Shown here in pieces: positions 25,587-37,300 of a stretch of DNA of 64,000 bases. Both the position numbers and the translations under genes were made by a program. The stretch is taken from assembly GCA_905178155.1 (NCBI GenBank), contig CAJINV010000018.1:6479-70478 (forward strand). The letters are read 5' to 3'. Source of the stretch: Amoebophrya sp. A120 (lineage: Eukaryota > Protista > Dinoflagellata). The notes beneath the pieces were generated by a model. It was not told where the DNA came from and searched no databases. It saw nothing but the letters and a program-made list of their open reading frames with translations. Position 1 is the first letter of the stretch. Every line of letters begins with the position of its first letter.

Positions 25587-27936
25587 GTTGCTGCTATCAC
25601 CGAAGCGGATATGGCTACCACGGCGACAATGCGAGGAAAACGAAACTTCGTAAGATGGAATCAGAAGCACACCGGACTAAGCAACTCGCTAACCGCATTG
25701 AGTTTGTCGTTCAAAAAAAAATTGTGAAACGAGACGGAGAACCACGACGCATAATCTGACTTATGCCTGCTACCTGGGCTAGTTGTTTCTTGCTACAGGA
25801 GCGATTCGTCTCTCGAGACATTCGGCAAAAATGCGTGTCCGAAACTGGCAGTCTTTTGCTATTGTCAGGAATGATCCCAGTGATCATCTGAACTGTTTTT
25901 AATTTTTTCCGTTCATCGACCCTCTGATCCTTCGTCCGCCTTCCCGGAGATGATCATCTTTCTATCCAGGAACGGAATTATAGGTGCCTTGTTTCCAAAT
26001 ATTTGCGAGCTTGATTTGGTGCGAGAATCCTTGCAGAATGACTATACACAGCCTCCCGAAACTCGCTTGGACATCGTGGTGACACATCGCTCTTTCCTAC
26101 AGAGAAAACAGCCATCACTGACTGAAATCGACACGACTTGACCGAGTCTAGGAGAAAGAAGGGTGAAACAATGAAGTGCACAAGTCCCGTTCAATGTTTC
26201 GAGAATCGCGTACAGCAGCGTGATTCGTCGAAAGTAAGATTTTCAGTAAGCGACAAAAACATGAGGGGTGTTCTTCTTCTTTCAGCTCTTGGACATATGC
26301 TCTCTGATTTGTGAAGAAAGTAGCCGTCTCGAAAGAACGGCCTATCAAATGCGCCACTTATCTTCGCTTCGGGGCTACGCGTTCCACGAAGTTCCATTTT
26401 GAGACAGTACTTGTGGCGGCCACCGTAATATGATGTTTTGTTTTTGTGTACAGGTAAAGTGTTTATATCAAATCAGTACTGGTTTTATTCCACATCCGAA
26501 AACCCTCGGTCCGGGCCATTCTCTCGTCGCAGTGGCGATGACGCCGGGTCCACCAGCATCGTCGCCGCCAACTCGGGGCTTGTCGCCCACGCATATTTTA
26601 ACGGCATATCTCCACCGAAGAGGTCTAGCTTCAATGGCAGTGCGGGCTCCGACCCGAAATGCTCGCGCAGGCGCCTCGCTGCTGCGACAGCAGCCTCTCC
26701 TTGCCACGGTAGCGGCAGGACGTTGAACTCAGACACGGTGTGTGAATTTCCATTCTGCAAGGCCAGCGTCTTTGTGGCGGAGAATCGAGCGAAAGCTATC
26801 TTCTCCAACATTGGGAGGTTTTCAATTCGCAGGAAATCATCCAGCAGGGTAGGTTCTTCGTGTGGTATCCCAATGAAAAAAATCCCAGTACAACTCCACG
26901 ACCAATCAAGCTCCAAAAATCTGCTATTGCTACGGTCTTCCTGCGTCCTGGAGGCACGGCTAACAAACTTTTTTCTGTTTTTAGGCTACTTTCACCTGCT
27001 GTTGCAAAAATAATGAGGGATGTCAGGGCCACTCGACAAGTCCAGCGAGTTTCCCTTCCTCCTCATTACCAAATCAATTTGCTTCCATGCTAACACTGCA
27101 ATGCTTGATGCTGTTTGCAGTGCGTGACGTAGGGGAAGATTTTGACCAAGATACCGGTGGTGAACCCTCCGAACATAAACCATACGTCGAACAAGGGGGG
27201 CTGGTCGTCAGCGGATGCCTTGTTCGCGACAATATATTTCAAATCCAGCAAAGCCTGCTGGTACACGGTGAGATCAGGCTTCTCAGCGGTGCGTGCGTTT
27301 TTTCTCTTGTGTTCTTCGTAGTACTGAAAGGTCGCGTCGCGGTACTGCAGATTCTGTGGCCGGTCCTCGAAAATGCCCCAGATTCTGATGCGGTAAATTG
27401 GCGCTGCTGACGCGGCAATGGCGTCTCGGAGGGAATGCAGTACAGCCGGCGTTACAGTGAGCGTGTGCAAGTTTTCAGGCCGCGTCATCGGTGGGAAAAG
27501 ATTTTCCTCGCCCTACTTGCAAGCGACGTTTTTGTTGCGTTGTGCGGAGACGTCCAGTCTTGTTGCTGTACGAAGTGCAAAATTCAGAAAAGGAGAATAT
27601 CTTGTCGAAGCGAAAATTTGCGCGAATTTCCTCATCATGACAAAATGGAAAAAGGACCATGCTAATTCCAACAACAAGGTTATATGTGCCTGAGTGCGCG
27701 CAGGCAATTTTCTGCAAATGTGGTTCGGAAAATGTTGTCGTCGATAACAGCATGCAAAAACTCCTGAATCGTAGCCAAAGTGTCGTCGCCGAGTGGTTTC
27801 GCTTCCCCGGACCGCAGGCGCTCCGGACCGCCGTACCGAACTGCGCCAAACTGATGTTTTTGCGCGTTATGCAGCAAAGCAAGCTGTTCTGGTCCTCCTT
27901 CGTGTTGCGCTCTGCCGCACTTTCTGAGATACATTT

Positions 27937-28813
27937 AGAGGCTGTGCAACAATTGGACCCCCTTTCGCCAAGGCGAAAGGGGGGGGGGTAGGTTGGTCCG
28001 ATTCCGGAGGACGGGAGCGGGCACCCCGACGCAAGGGTGCAAGGTGCTCCCGGCGGTCTCGCCTCACAACAGACTGTCTGTCGAACGCCCGGCGGCTCTT
28101 CTTCGTGTGGCGCCTTCGCAAGGGGCGGCCAGTTGTTGGCTGGTTGGCAGTAGGCGCACAGGCACGCGCACTACGCAACGAGGCCGAAGCCAAACGCCTG
28201 CTATCTATGGGCGCGCTCCGAACCCGGCGCGCCGTAACATGTGAGCGCGCGCAGGACCAGGAGGGCGCGCGCCCACGCTGTTTTTTTTTCGCATTCCGAG
28301 CAGGAAGTCGCATCGGGCCGATTGCAGACGCCCCAGCCATGTGTTGGCCCCGGGCTCCGCGTGCTGCTCGGGGGTGCTTGTGCGTGCGCCCGAAGTTTTT
28401 TTTTGCCCCTTGTTGTGAGGCGCTGGCGGAGGCGGGGAGGGAGGCATGCGCGCGCTGTCAGGGCCGGCGACTACAGATGTAGGCATGTTGCAGTGCGATG
28501 CGAACGTAGCCGCACCGGGCGCGCGCAGCGCGGCCCGCAAAATTTGCTACATTACGCGCGCGCAGGAGCGACACATAAAAGGAACATAGCAGGGGGCGCG
28601 CGCAGCGCGAATTTTTTTTCAATTCCGGCAGCACGAGGACGAGCACAGGACGCAACCCAAGGCCCGCTCGCAGCGGGCACGCGTCCCGCAATTTTTTTTA
28701 CTGCGCACGGCTCCCGGCGAAAGGGGGGGGGGGAGGGGGGAGGTTGGTCTCCAGCGGGCCGCTACCCCCCCTTTCGCCATGGCGAAAGGGGGTCCAATTG
28801 TTGCGCAGCCTCT
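27937..28813. mobile_element. GC-rich MITE, ~55-bp TIRs, 7-bp TSD TACATTT
   Basis: Left end AGAGGCTGTGCAACAATTGGACCCCCTTTCGCC... is mirrored at the right end; tacattt at 27930-36 and 28814-20; absent from the paralog near 21300. Confidence 0.92.
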
Positions 28814-29212
28814 TACATTTGATTAAGTCCGAATATCACCGGGCAGGGAAAGTCACGAGAAGAAATCGAATTCTTCTGCAATGCAAATGAAGTTTCTTTG
28901 TTTTGCGTCAAACGTATTATAGTCATGCAAAAGTGTTTGTGTTGCTTCTTTATTTGAGATGTCCTAGTTTCTAGATGAGCCTCAGTGTGGAACGCTGTAA
29001 AACGACAGGGGACGCAGCACATTTTTCTGTCGACATAGGTGATCTCATTCGTCCAGTCGAACACCCACAGTTCCTCCAAACGCTGAAACTTGGGCAACGC
29101 CGCCCGAAGTCCTGCCTGATTGCCGCCGACGACGGAGAGAAACTTGAGCGTCTCTCGCACTCGCTCGTTCACGGACAGCGGGGTCCACACACAATCGCTG
29201 ATTGAGTCTTCG

Positions 29213-29464
29213 TATTCAATGCAAATATGTCCGGGTCTGGAAGAATGTAAGTTTGTCATGCTTGGTTTACATGCCCCTTAAATCTGTAATGCAGAAGCAG
29301 AAAAAACGCCTATTACCTGTCATGCAAAAACGCAATTTGTCATGCGAAAAGCGAAACAGAGAGGAGCTCAAAAAATTGTCATGCGTAGCTGGGTATTGCA
29401 GTGTGCCCACCAATCACAAACTAGCATCACAAATTTCGAGACCCATGCATATTTGCACAGGATA
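29213..29464. mobile_element. Introner (GTCYGGGTCTGGAA subfamily)
   Basis: IR tattcaatgcaaatatg / catatttgcacaggata; TSD cttcg/ctttg; empty site in the paralog near 21710; removal in frame. Confidence 0.9.
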
Positions 29465-31331
29465 CTTTGTGTGTCCCGTCGAAGAAAACTTCCAAACTCT
29501 CCAAAGACCGCACGTGCTGAAAAAACTCGGCCAAATAGGTTCTCATGATGCTGCTGTCGAATCTTGCCTGCGGGGAGGTCTTGTGGAAGTCATCCGGCGT
29601 CAGGAGAAGTTGCAAATGTCGGATTGGTCGAACTTCGTCACCTGGCTGCGTGGGGTGCGGCAGCTTTGCGTTCTGCGCAAGTGCCGCAAAAAAGGTCTGC
29701 TGGTCCTCTACGTCGATCGCCCGCTCAATGCCATAGCAGTTCGTGCCACGGAGGTCCAACCTCACGCTTTCCTCGGCGCCATTCACGAGATCATCCTGCA
29801 GGGATTGCAGATCTTCCTGTATGCGGTCGCCTATCGGAGGCAACAAGAAGTTGAAATCCATTCTCACAACTACCACCAGAAAAGGACAGATCGCGCTCAA
29901 CGATGTGCGGCGCACGCGGTTGAACTACAAGGTTTTGCGGTTCGTCTTCCAAACAGACGGACTGATAGGCACTGTGGCCCGGTTCTTCGGAAAATTCAGG
30001 GTCAGATCCCGGAAAATTTGGGCAGGACACGCCATTTTTCTTTTACGCACATATTACCAACAGATAGCAAAATTCGAAAGGACAGAAAATTCACAATATT
30101 GAGGGCTAGTGTAAATAATCGAGAAGTCGAAAAATACGGACCCGCAGGAAAGCACTTAGTATTTTGCGTTGGTTCCGTGTGTGTGTCCCGAGGTGGATTG
30201 GTATTTGGAACGGGGGTCAATGTGACGGCAGGACAAATGATCCTTTTTTCATGTTCCCGGTGATGATCATCGCGATCTTTTTATTCATCTGGAGCCGAAA
30301 TATGAGTATGTTGCTTCCACCAAGCATGTTTTCGATCTGGTGCGAGAATCCTTGCAGACTGATCTTGCTTCGGCATGATCGTGGTGACCACACGTCGCTC
30401 TGTTCTACACAAAAAAAAGCCATTACCGATTCAGATTGACGCGACTTGACTTTAGATCCCGGTTGTGACAATAAGACTTTGGCCCCGTGCGGGAGCGCGC
30501 AGAAAGCCGCCTCGCGACCGGTGAAAAGCGGCGTTATCTGCAGTGCACAGAACTTCCGTCGCGGCTAATCGACGGGCACAGCTCGCAGCTATCCTATTTC
30601 TAGTAGGGAACAACAAGTTTTCGGCCGACAAATGTCAGGCTGCGAAGACTGCCTTCGTTCGCGTCCAAGAATATGTTGTCCAAATTCGCGTCCATTCGGG
30701 TCTCATTGTCCACATACCACTTTTGGAAGCGTCGTTGACAGCCAAGGTGGGTTTCCGAAAGCATAAAGAGATTAAGGACTGTCATTTCTCTTGAAACGTT
30801 ATGGCTTCATCTCCTCACGAATCTCGCGGAGAAGATCAAATAAGGCATTCTACCTAGCGCTCCACGCACGTTCTGTTCCTCTAATAAGTTGCTCTCCACG
30901 CACGTTCTGTTCATCAAATAAGGCGCTCCAGTGCTGCGCTCTCGTTATTCATTTCGATTCGAATCAAAAAGCAACAACTTTATCTACGTGGCCGGAAAAG
31001 CAACAAAGCAGATGACAAGGGCCGCAGTTGGCTCTCTATACTTCCTAGCTTCAAAACCAATGCAAGTTTCCCTGCTACAACATCAAAATGTCAAAAAAAC
31101 TTGAGAGCTGTGCTTCCATCCTCGCCACTGTTGTCGGTGCGTTGTATAAAAGGCTGCTCGCCCAGTCCGACAATTTAAGCTTTGAAGAAGAGGAGGAAGG
31201 CGAGCTTCCACTGCTCCTATATTTTCACGCACTCCTCGGCGGTTACCGTGTTGTTACCGTGACAAAGTAGAGCCGTGTTTGCGCTTACGCCCCCTCGTTG
31301 GCGGGCGTACGTAGGCGACAAGATCAGCTCG

Positions 31332-34300
31332 TTAAATGTGCCAGATCTTCGTTGGCCCGCTTCGCTTGAGCGCGCCTTTGTCCTGTTGTGTTTCCTGTCC
31401 TTGTTGTGTTCCCTGTTCCTGTTGCTTAGTTCTCTCTTCCTGTTGTGTTCTTTGTCCGTGTTGCAGCGTCGGATCATCGGGGGTCGTTTGTTGTCCCCCC
31501 GTGGTCCTCTGGGTCTTGGTTTGTGTTTGTTCTCCCCCCGTGGCTGGGGCCTCAACTGGAACAGTGGGCGACGTCGTCCCACCAATACATGACGAAGCTT
31601 CTCCTCCCGTTGTTCCACCAGCAGTGCACGTGTGTTGTCCACCGCCGCCTGTTGGCCCGCTTGTAGCTCCACCACCGGAATTACTAGTACCTGCAGCGCC
31701 TGCTTCTGCGCTACCAGTGCCCGTTCCGGCCCCGGGCAGCGCCTGTGTACCAGGCGTCGTCGAAAAAGCCGCGCCAGTTTCTTGCTGGTCAACTTCAGTT
31801 GCCGCACCTGCGGCTGTTCCGGATGAACCGGCTTGGTCCGGTTGGGTAGGAGGTCCTGCTTGTCCCCCGGACGGGGCGGAGTGTGGAATGATAACCGCAG
31901 CTGCTCCTTGTCCTCCCATAGAGGAATGATTAGCACCAACTGCTCCACCTTGTCCTGCCGGAGTGGAATTATCACCGGCATCTTGGGCGGCGAAAGTTCC
32001 CACTTGTAGTCCAGACGATGCGAAGCCTGGGAGTATCGTGAAAGTTCCGCCTGCTCCAGCACTGCCACCACTTATTGTGAGGAATGTTCCCCCCTTCGCA
32101 TATCGAAAACGAGATTTGTGTTGCTGTATTTGAGTACACAACTCGACTTGTATAGCTAGAAGGCCAAGAGATGCAGTTGCTCCCTCATTTGTTGGCAATT
32201 TGTCATGCTGCTTCCCGTTTCCAGTTGCTTCGTATCATTCTGAACACGCAAAGTTTTCCTACACCAGGCAGCACTTACAGTCCACATCTCTTCCCTTCTA
32301 CCATGACAGCGTGACTTGTGATCACAAATAATGCTACACAAGTCCCCCTCTGAGTACGGGGAGGGGGGATTTTTCATTTCGATACCACTTCCGCTGCCTC
32401 TAGAAAAGCCACCTCGAGGACCCGAACTACTAGCACCACCCTGGTGCAGTCCCTCTAATGACTGACTGGCGTCTTCTACCGGAACAGTGCTATGCTCCCC
32501 TGTGCCCCGCACCGCTGCCATCACCGCGCTGCCTGCATCCGCCGCGCTGCCATCCCGCTGCAGCGCGTCGCGGAAGATCAGATCTTGGATCGGCCTGTGC
32601 ACTGCAAATGTGTCCGGTTCTGGAAATTTGTGACGCTCGGCGAAATGCGGATGGCGGAAACACTTCCGAATGCTGCCCAGCATGTCAACTTACCAGAGCG
32701 CTTTCTCTTAGACAGTCCGCATGAGAAGCTGCGTTTTTGCATGACAAAAGAGGAGGCGACTTTTGTTGGTTTGGCAATTCAGATTTCCGACGAATGTCAT
32801 AAAGCTAGCGTTACAAGTTCCAACTTTCCAGATCCAGGCAGTACATGTGTATTGGATAGGACCAGATCTTGGTTGGCCCGCTTCGCTTGAACGCGCCCTC
32901 TCCGCGAATCAGTTTGATTACGTCGTCCACTGATAAGTCGGCAAAGAAGTCCGTCGGGTCGATCAAATGGCTATCTAAATCTTCCAGCTGCCTTCGCAAC
33001 TCCTCGCGCTGCGTGTCCATCGTGACACTTTTGGTGATTCCATTGCTATCTAGGTCGTCGACGTCGGATTGGTGTTGCTGTTCAGCGTCGCAGCCTCCAG
33101 TGGCGGAGAATACATCTTCCTCTCCACCATCTGCAGGAGATTTCCTCGCGCCTATAATTTTCTGCAGCGCGTGCAGCTGCTTCGTGATAACCTGCAGCGC
33201 GTCCACCTGCAGCTGGTCGTGCAGTTGTTGCTTCGTGATAACCGCGCCGAGGGACATCAAATTGTAACTGTGGAAAATCTGCGTGGTTTCATCTTTCATG
33301 TTCTTGCCCCCCGCCGCGAGTTGTTGTTCGTCTTGTTGTTCCCCTATGCCCAGGTTCATCTCGTCTTCCGGACTCACGCTGGCAGCTGGGCTTCCGGTCG
33401 AGTCTGCATCCTGCGGAATTTCATGATGTAGCGGGGCCTGCAGCCCCCGCGAAGCAGATCTACTTCCGGCGAGATGTTGACCAAGAAGCCGCTCATTCTC
33501 CTGCTCCGCCTGCAAAGCGACGTCAATTTGTAATGGTGGAAGGGGGCTGCCGATGCCGTGTTGTTGTAGTGCTGCTGGCTGCAGCTGGTGCTCGTGGGGC
33601 GCAGCCTCATCACGCATTCGCCGCACTACGTCCGGTGTGCGTGAAACTGGTCGCGATGGTATCCTGAGTAAAAACGTACCCACACCAGAGTCAAGATGGG
33701 GACTTTGCAACACAAGCCTAGGAGTTTTGGGAGTCACGCATGACAAGATTCAGTCCGTAAGGTAGTGCAAGTTAGCAAGGAAAGCCACATCACAAATCGA
33801 CCTGCTGATCCTGTTCACAGCATCACAAATTCCAAAACACGATTGGAAGTGGCTCTCATGGGGATGCGCATCACAAATGTCTTTGTCATTGCAAATCTGC
33901 ATTACAACTCTGGGGTGGGTACGTTTTTACTCAGGATAGATGGTGAGCCAGAGCCACTTCCTCCCAAAATGCCGAAGGCGTCCGTTCGAAGTTGCTGAGT
34001 ATGAAATGCAAAAGTATCGTACTCGTAGTAATGGCATTCATGCATTACAAATTTTTTTCTTAAGGCAAATCCGCATGAGAAATTTTATTTCTCATGCTGG
34101 GCTAATTTGCAAATGCATTTATACGAGTACGATACTCTTCCAACGCATACTGTGGGCTGACCTGCAGTTGGTTGGCCCGTCGCTCGGACGGGGAAGGGCC
34201 TCGTCTAGGGGTTCGTGGAGGGGAGACCACTTCGCGCGGCACGGCGGGCCTTTGTAACCGTTGCTCCTCCAAGTGCGGCTGCAGGGACTCGACCCACTCG

Positions 34301-37300
34301 GCGTTTTGCAACGGTGGGGCATCTACAACTGGTTGTACGCCAGAACCACGAGGACCCTCCTGCTGCTGCTCTACAACTCCGTCAACCCGGCCCAGGAGCA
34401 GCTGTTGCTGCTCGTCGCGCTCGTTCCCTTCTTGTTCTTGTGCAGCGCGACTCCGCACTACTTCTTCGATCGACCGGTACCTCAGTCCCTCCCGCTCCGC
34501 GCGGTCAGCAGCTTCAGACAGGGCAGCGCTGGGACGATGCCGTTCGCCCGCACGGTAACTCGGAGGCGGATCATCTTCGCGTGGGGGCGACGGAGGTGTC
34601 CCGGAAGGTAGTACCGCAGGGGATGGGAGCTGAAAGTTGCTGAGGTTGCTGACACTGCCGTGTTCGGAGGTAGTGCCGTCATCTGCCGCTTGGAGTTCAT
34701 CTCCTGCTGGTCGTGCGGGTTGTAGTACAACTTGTGGTCCTCGTGCCATAGGTGGTGGTGCTGGTCCACCCCCAGCGCCTCCCGCTTCAAGCCCGGCGAG
34801 GCACGCTCGCACGTGTTCTGGATTCACGTCCGGCGGTGGAGCTGCACGCCTCACTTGCTCGAGGCCCACAGGGGACAATATCGTCCCGAAATCGTCTGCG
34901 TGCCCCACAACCGAGTTGCCCGCGGAGCCGGTGGCTGACCTGAAACCGCCCTGCTGCTGCTGCGCGTTCAAAACACCACTATCATCGCGCCGGCGGCTTT
35001 CCTGCACCACCTCCTGCATCCGCGCGACCAGTGCCTGGCAGTCTAGTTCCATGGCTTGTTGTCGGTCGTCTGGGTTCCCAAAATGCTCTACGGTTTCCGG
35101 GACAGACAGCTCGTCGTCCTCGCGCTGCCGGAGGTCTTGATCTTGTTGTAGCGGGGGAGATAGTAATGGCGCACCATGTAGTTGGCTGGGGCGATAATTA
35201 TTGATGTCCTCGACTGTTGGCCCGCCTCCAGCAGCTCCGCCGACTGTTGCGACTTCTGAGCGACGTGGACCACCACCTTCAGCAGGGCCAAGCACAGGTG
35301 GTGCCGGTGCCCCCGGCGTGCCTAGAATTTTCTGCAGCACGTGAAGCAGCTGGTCGTGCATCTGTTGCTTCGTGATGACCGCGCCCAGGGACATCAGGTT
35401 GTAACTGTGGAAAATCTGCGCGGGGTAACCCTCGTATAATTTCAGCTTCTCCTTAATCGGCAGCACCAAATCCAGCGGGTGTGATGCGTCAGCTGTGGCG
35501 CCTACTTCTATTTGGGACGACGACGAGGACGACCGACGTATCTCCCGCTGCCTTTGCAGCTCTCGCTTCAGGACCTCGGAAGCTGCCGAGGGCGACAGAC
35601 CACTTACTTCGTGTATAAGGAAGGCCTCCGCCTGACCGGATATCCAGTGCAAAAGTATCGCACTCGTACTCATTGCAGTTATATGCATTTACAAATCTAG
35701 GTGCTACGAGAAATCCACCGCATTACAAATTTTACTCCTCATGCTGAGCAAATTTGTATAAATGCATTATATACGAGTACGATACTTTATTTGCAATGCA
35801 TACGGGAGACGGTCCGCTTATAGAGAACCCAGGGCGACGGAGCCGAAGGAGATGGTGAACTATAAGACGGAAGCTGCGGACCGGAAGCTGCGGACGCAGT
35901 GCCAGCGGTCGCCGGTGGTGCTACCGCTTTGATGGTGGAAATATCAAATGCAAATATGTCTGGAGGTCTGGAAGGATGCAACTTGTGATGCTGTTTTTGG
36001 ATTCTAGGAAAATTTGTATTGCATGACCAGCAAGTGCAAGAGGGGTCCAGTTTGTGCTATAGGGCATTTCTCATGTGGAAGGCGCATCAGGATCAGGAAG
36101 GGTTCTAAAAATCTATGATGGTAGGGCAACATACATCACAGACAATCATGGGTCATGAGAAATATCAATATGCATGACAAGTCTTGCATTCTTCCAGACC
36201 CAGACATATTTGCAGTTGATAGGAAAACGAGGCGACTCGATGCCGCATGGCACCAATCCCGTCGCGGAGGGCGAACCGCAAATTCCCCTCGGGCCGGTCG
36301 GGTTGGATCGTGCTGCCCGCTGAGGTGCCGTCTTCGGCAGGAACAGCCTGCCCAAACGCGCTCAGCTGCGCGCGTCGCAGCTCCTTTATCGAAATTTCCA
36401 AGGCAAACCCGTGCGGCTTGTCGGCTCTTTGCTTCAGTATAGATGAGGAACTAGTAGGGGAGGTACCAATAGGCTTATTGCCAGCGGCTTGTTGTTCGCC
36501 CTCGTTTGCATGTGGATGTTCACAAAAATCTCCAGCAATGTATCCCTTATCCAGTTCTTGCTTCGAATAAATGCTACTTGCACTTCTATGACCAAGAACA
36601 GCAGAAGCACCAGCTGCTCCCGATAGTGCACTGCTGTCTGCACTTCTCCCGCGCCGGAGCGCGGGTCGGTCGGGCGTGGCAAAAGGGTCACGTAGTTGAT
36701 GACTGTGCGGATCATGAGTCGGTGTTGTACCTTGCAGCTCGTTGTGCTTGCCATAGTGGGCTATGCCATCCACTAAAGTAGCCGTTTCTCGAAGTCCACT
36801 TACTGCTACAACTCCGGCGTCGCTCGCACTGCTGGAGAGGCCAGCGGCCGATGCGGCAGAACTAGGAATGTTGAAGAGATTGCGTGGCTGCTCCTGCTGC
36901 TGCGCATAGTCCGGTCGGGGAGGCAGCTGCGGCACAACTAGTCCTGGAGGTTCTGCAGGTTGTAGTTCTTCTCTTGTGGGAAAGGCGAATTGCGTTGGCT
37001 GTTGATGGTGCTGGCCTCGCTTATCAAATGTAAAAGTGTCTGGGTCTGGAAGGATGCGAACTTGTGATGCGTGTTGCGGATCATACAAAAATCTGTGTAG
37101 CGTGACTTGCAAAAGATCCCCATTTCTAGCCATGCCGAGGGGGCATTTCTCATGCAGAATAGGCATCACCAAGGGGCTGCAGAACCTGTGATGCTAGGCC
37201 CTGCATTCGAGACTTGGCTGAGCTTGGAAAAACTGCATGACAAATCTCAGATTCTTCCAGACCCAGACATTTTTGCATTTGATATCGCTGCTGCAATTGC

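Larger units (their letters stand above)
26485..30035 (-). pseudogene. Family B copy 4, interrupted by an 877-bp MITE and one introner; possibly non-functional
   Basis: Colinear with 19820-22290; MITE at 27937-28813; the donor equivalent to caggtaag in copy 2 looks mutated. Confidence 0.6.
30630..33140. repeat. Segmental duplication with ~46480-48750
   Basis: Colinear coding and 3' intergenic sequence. Confidence 0.85.
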
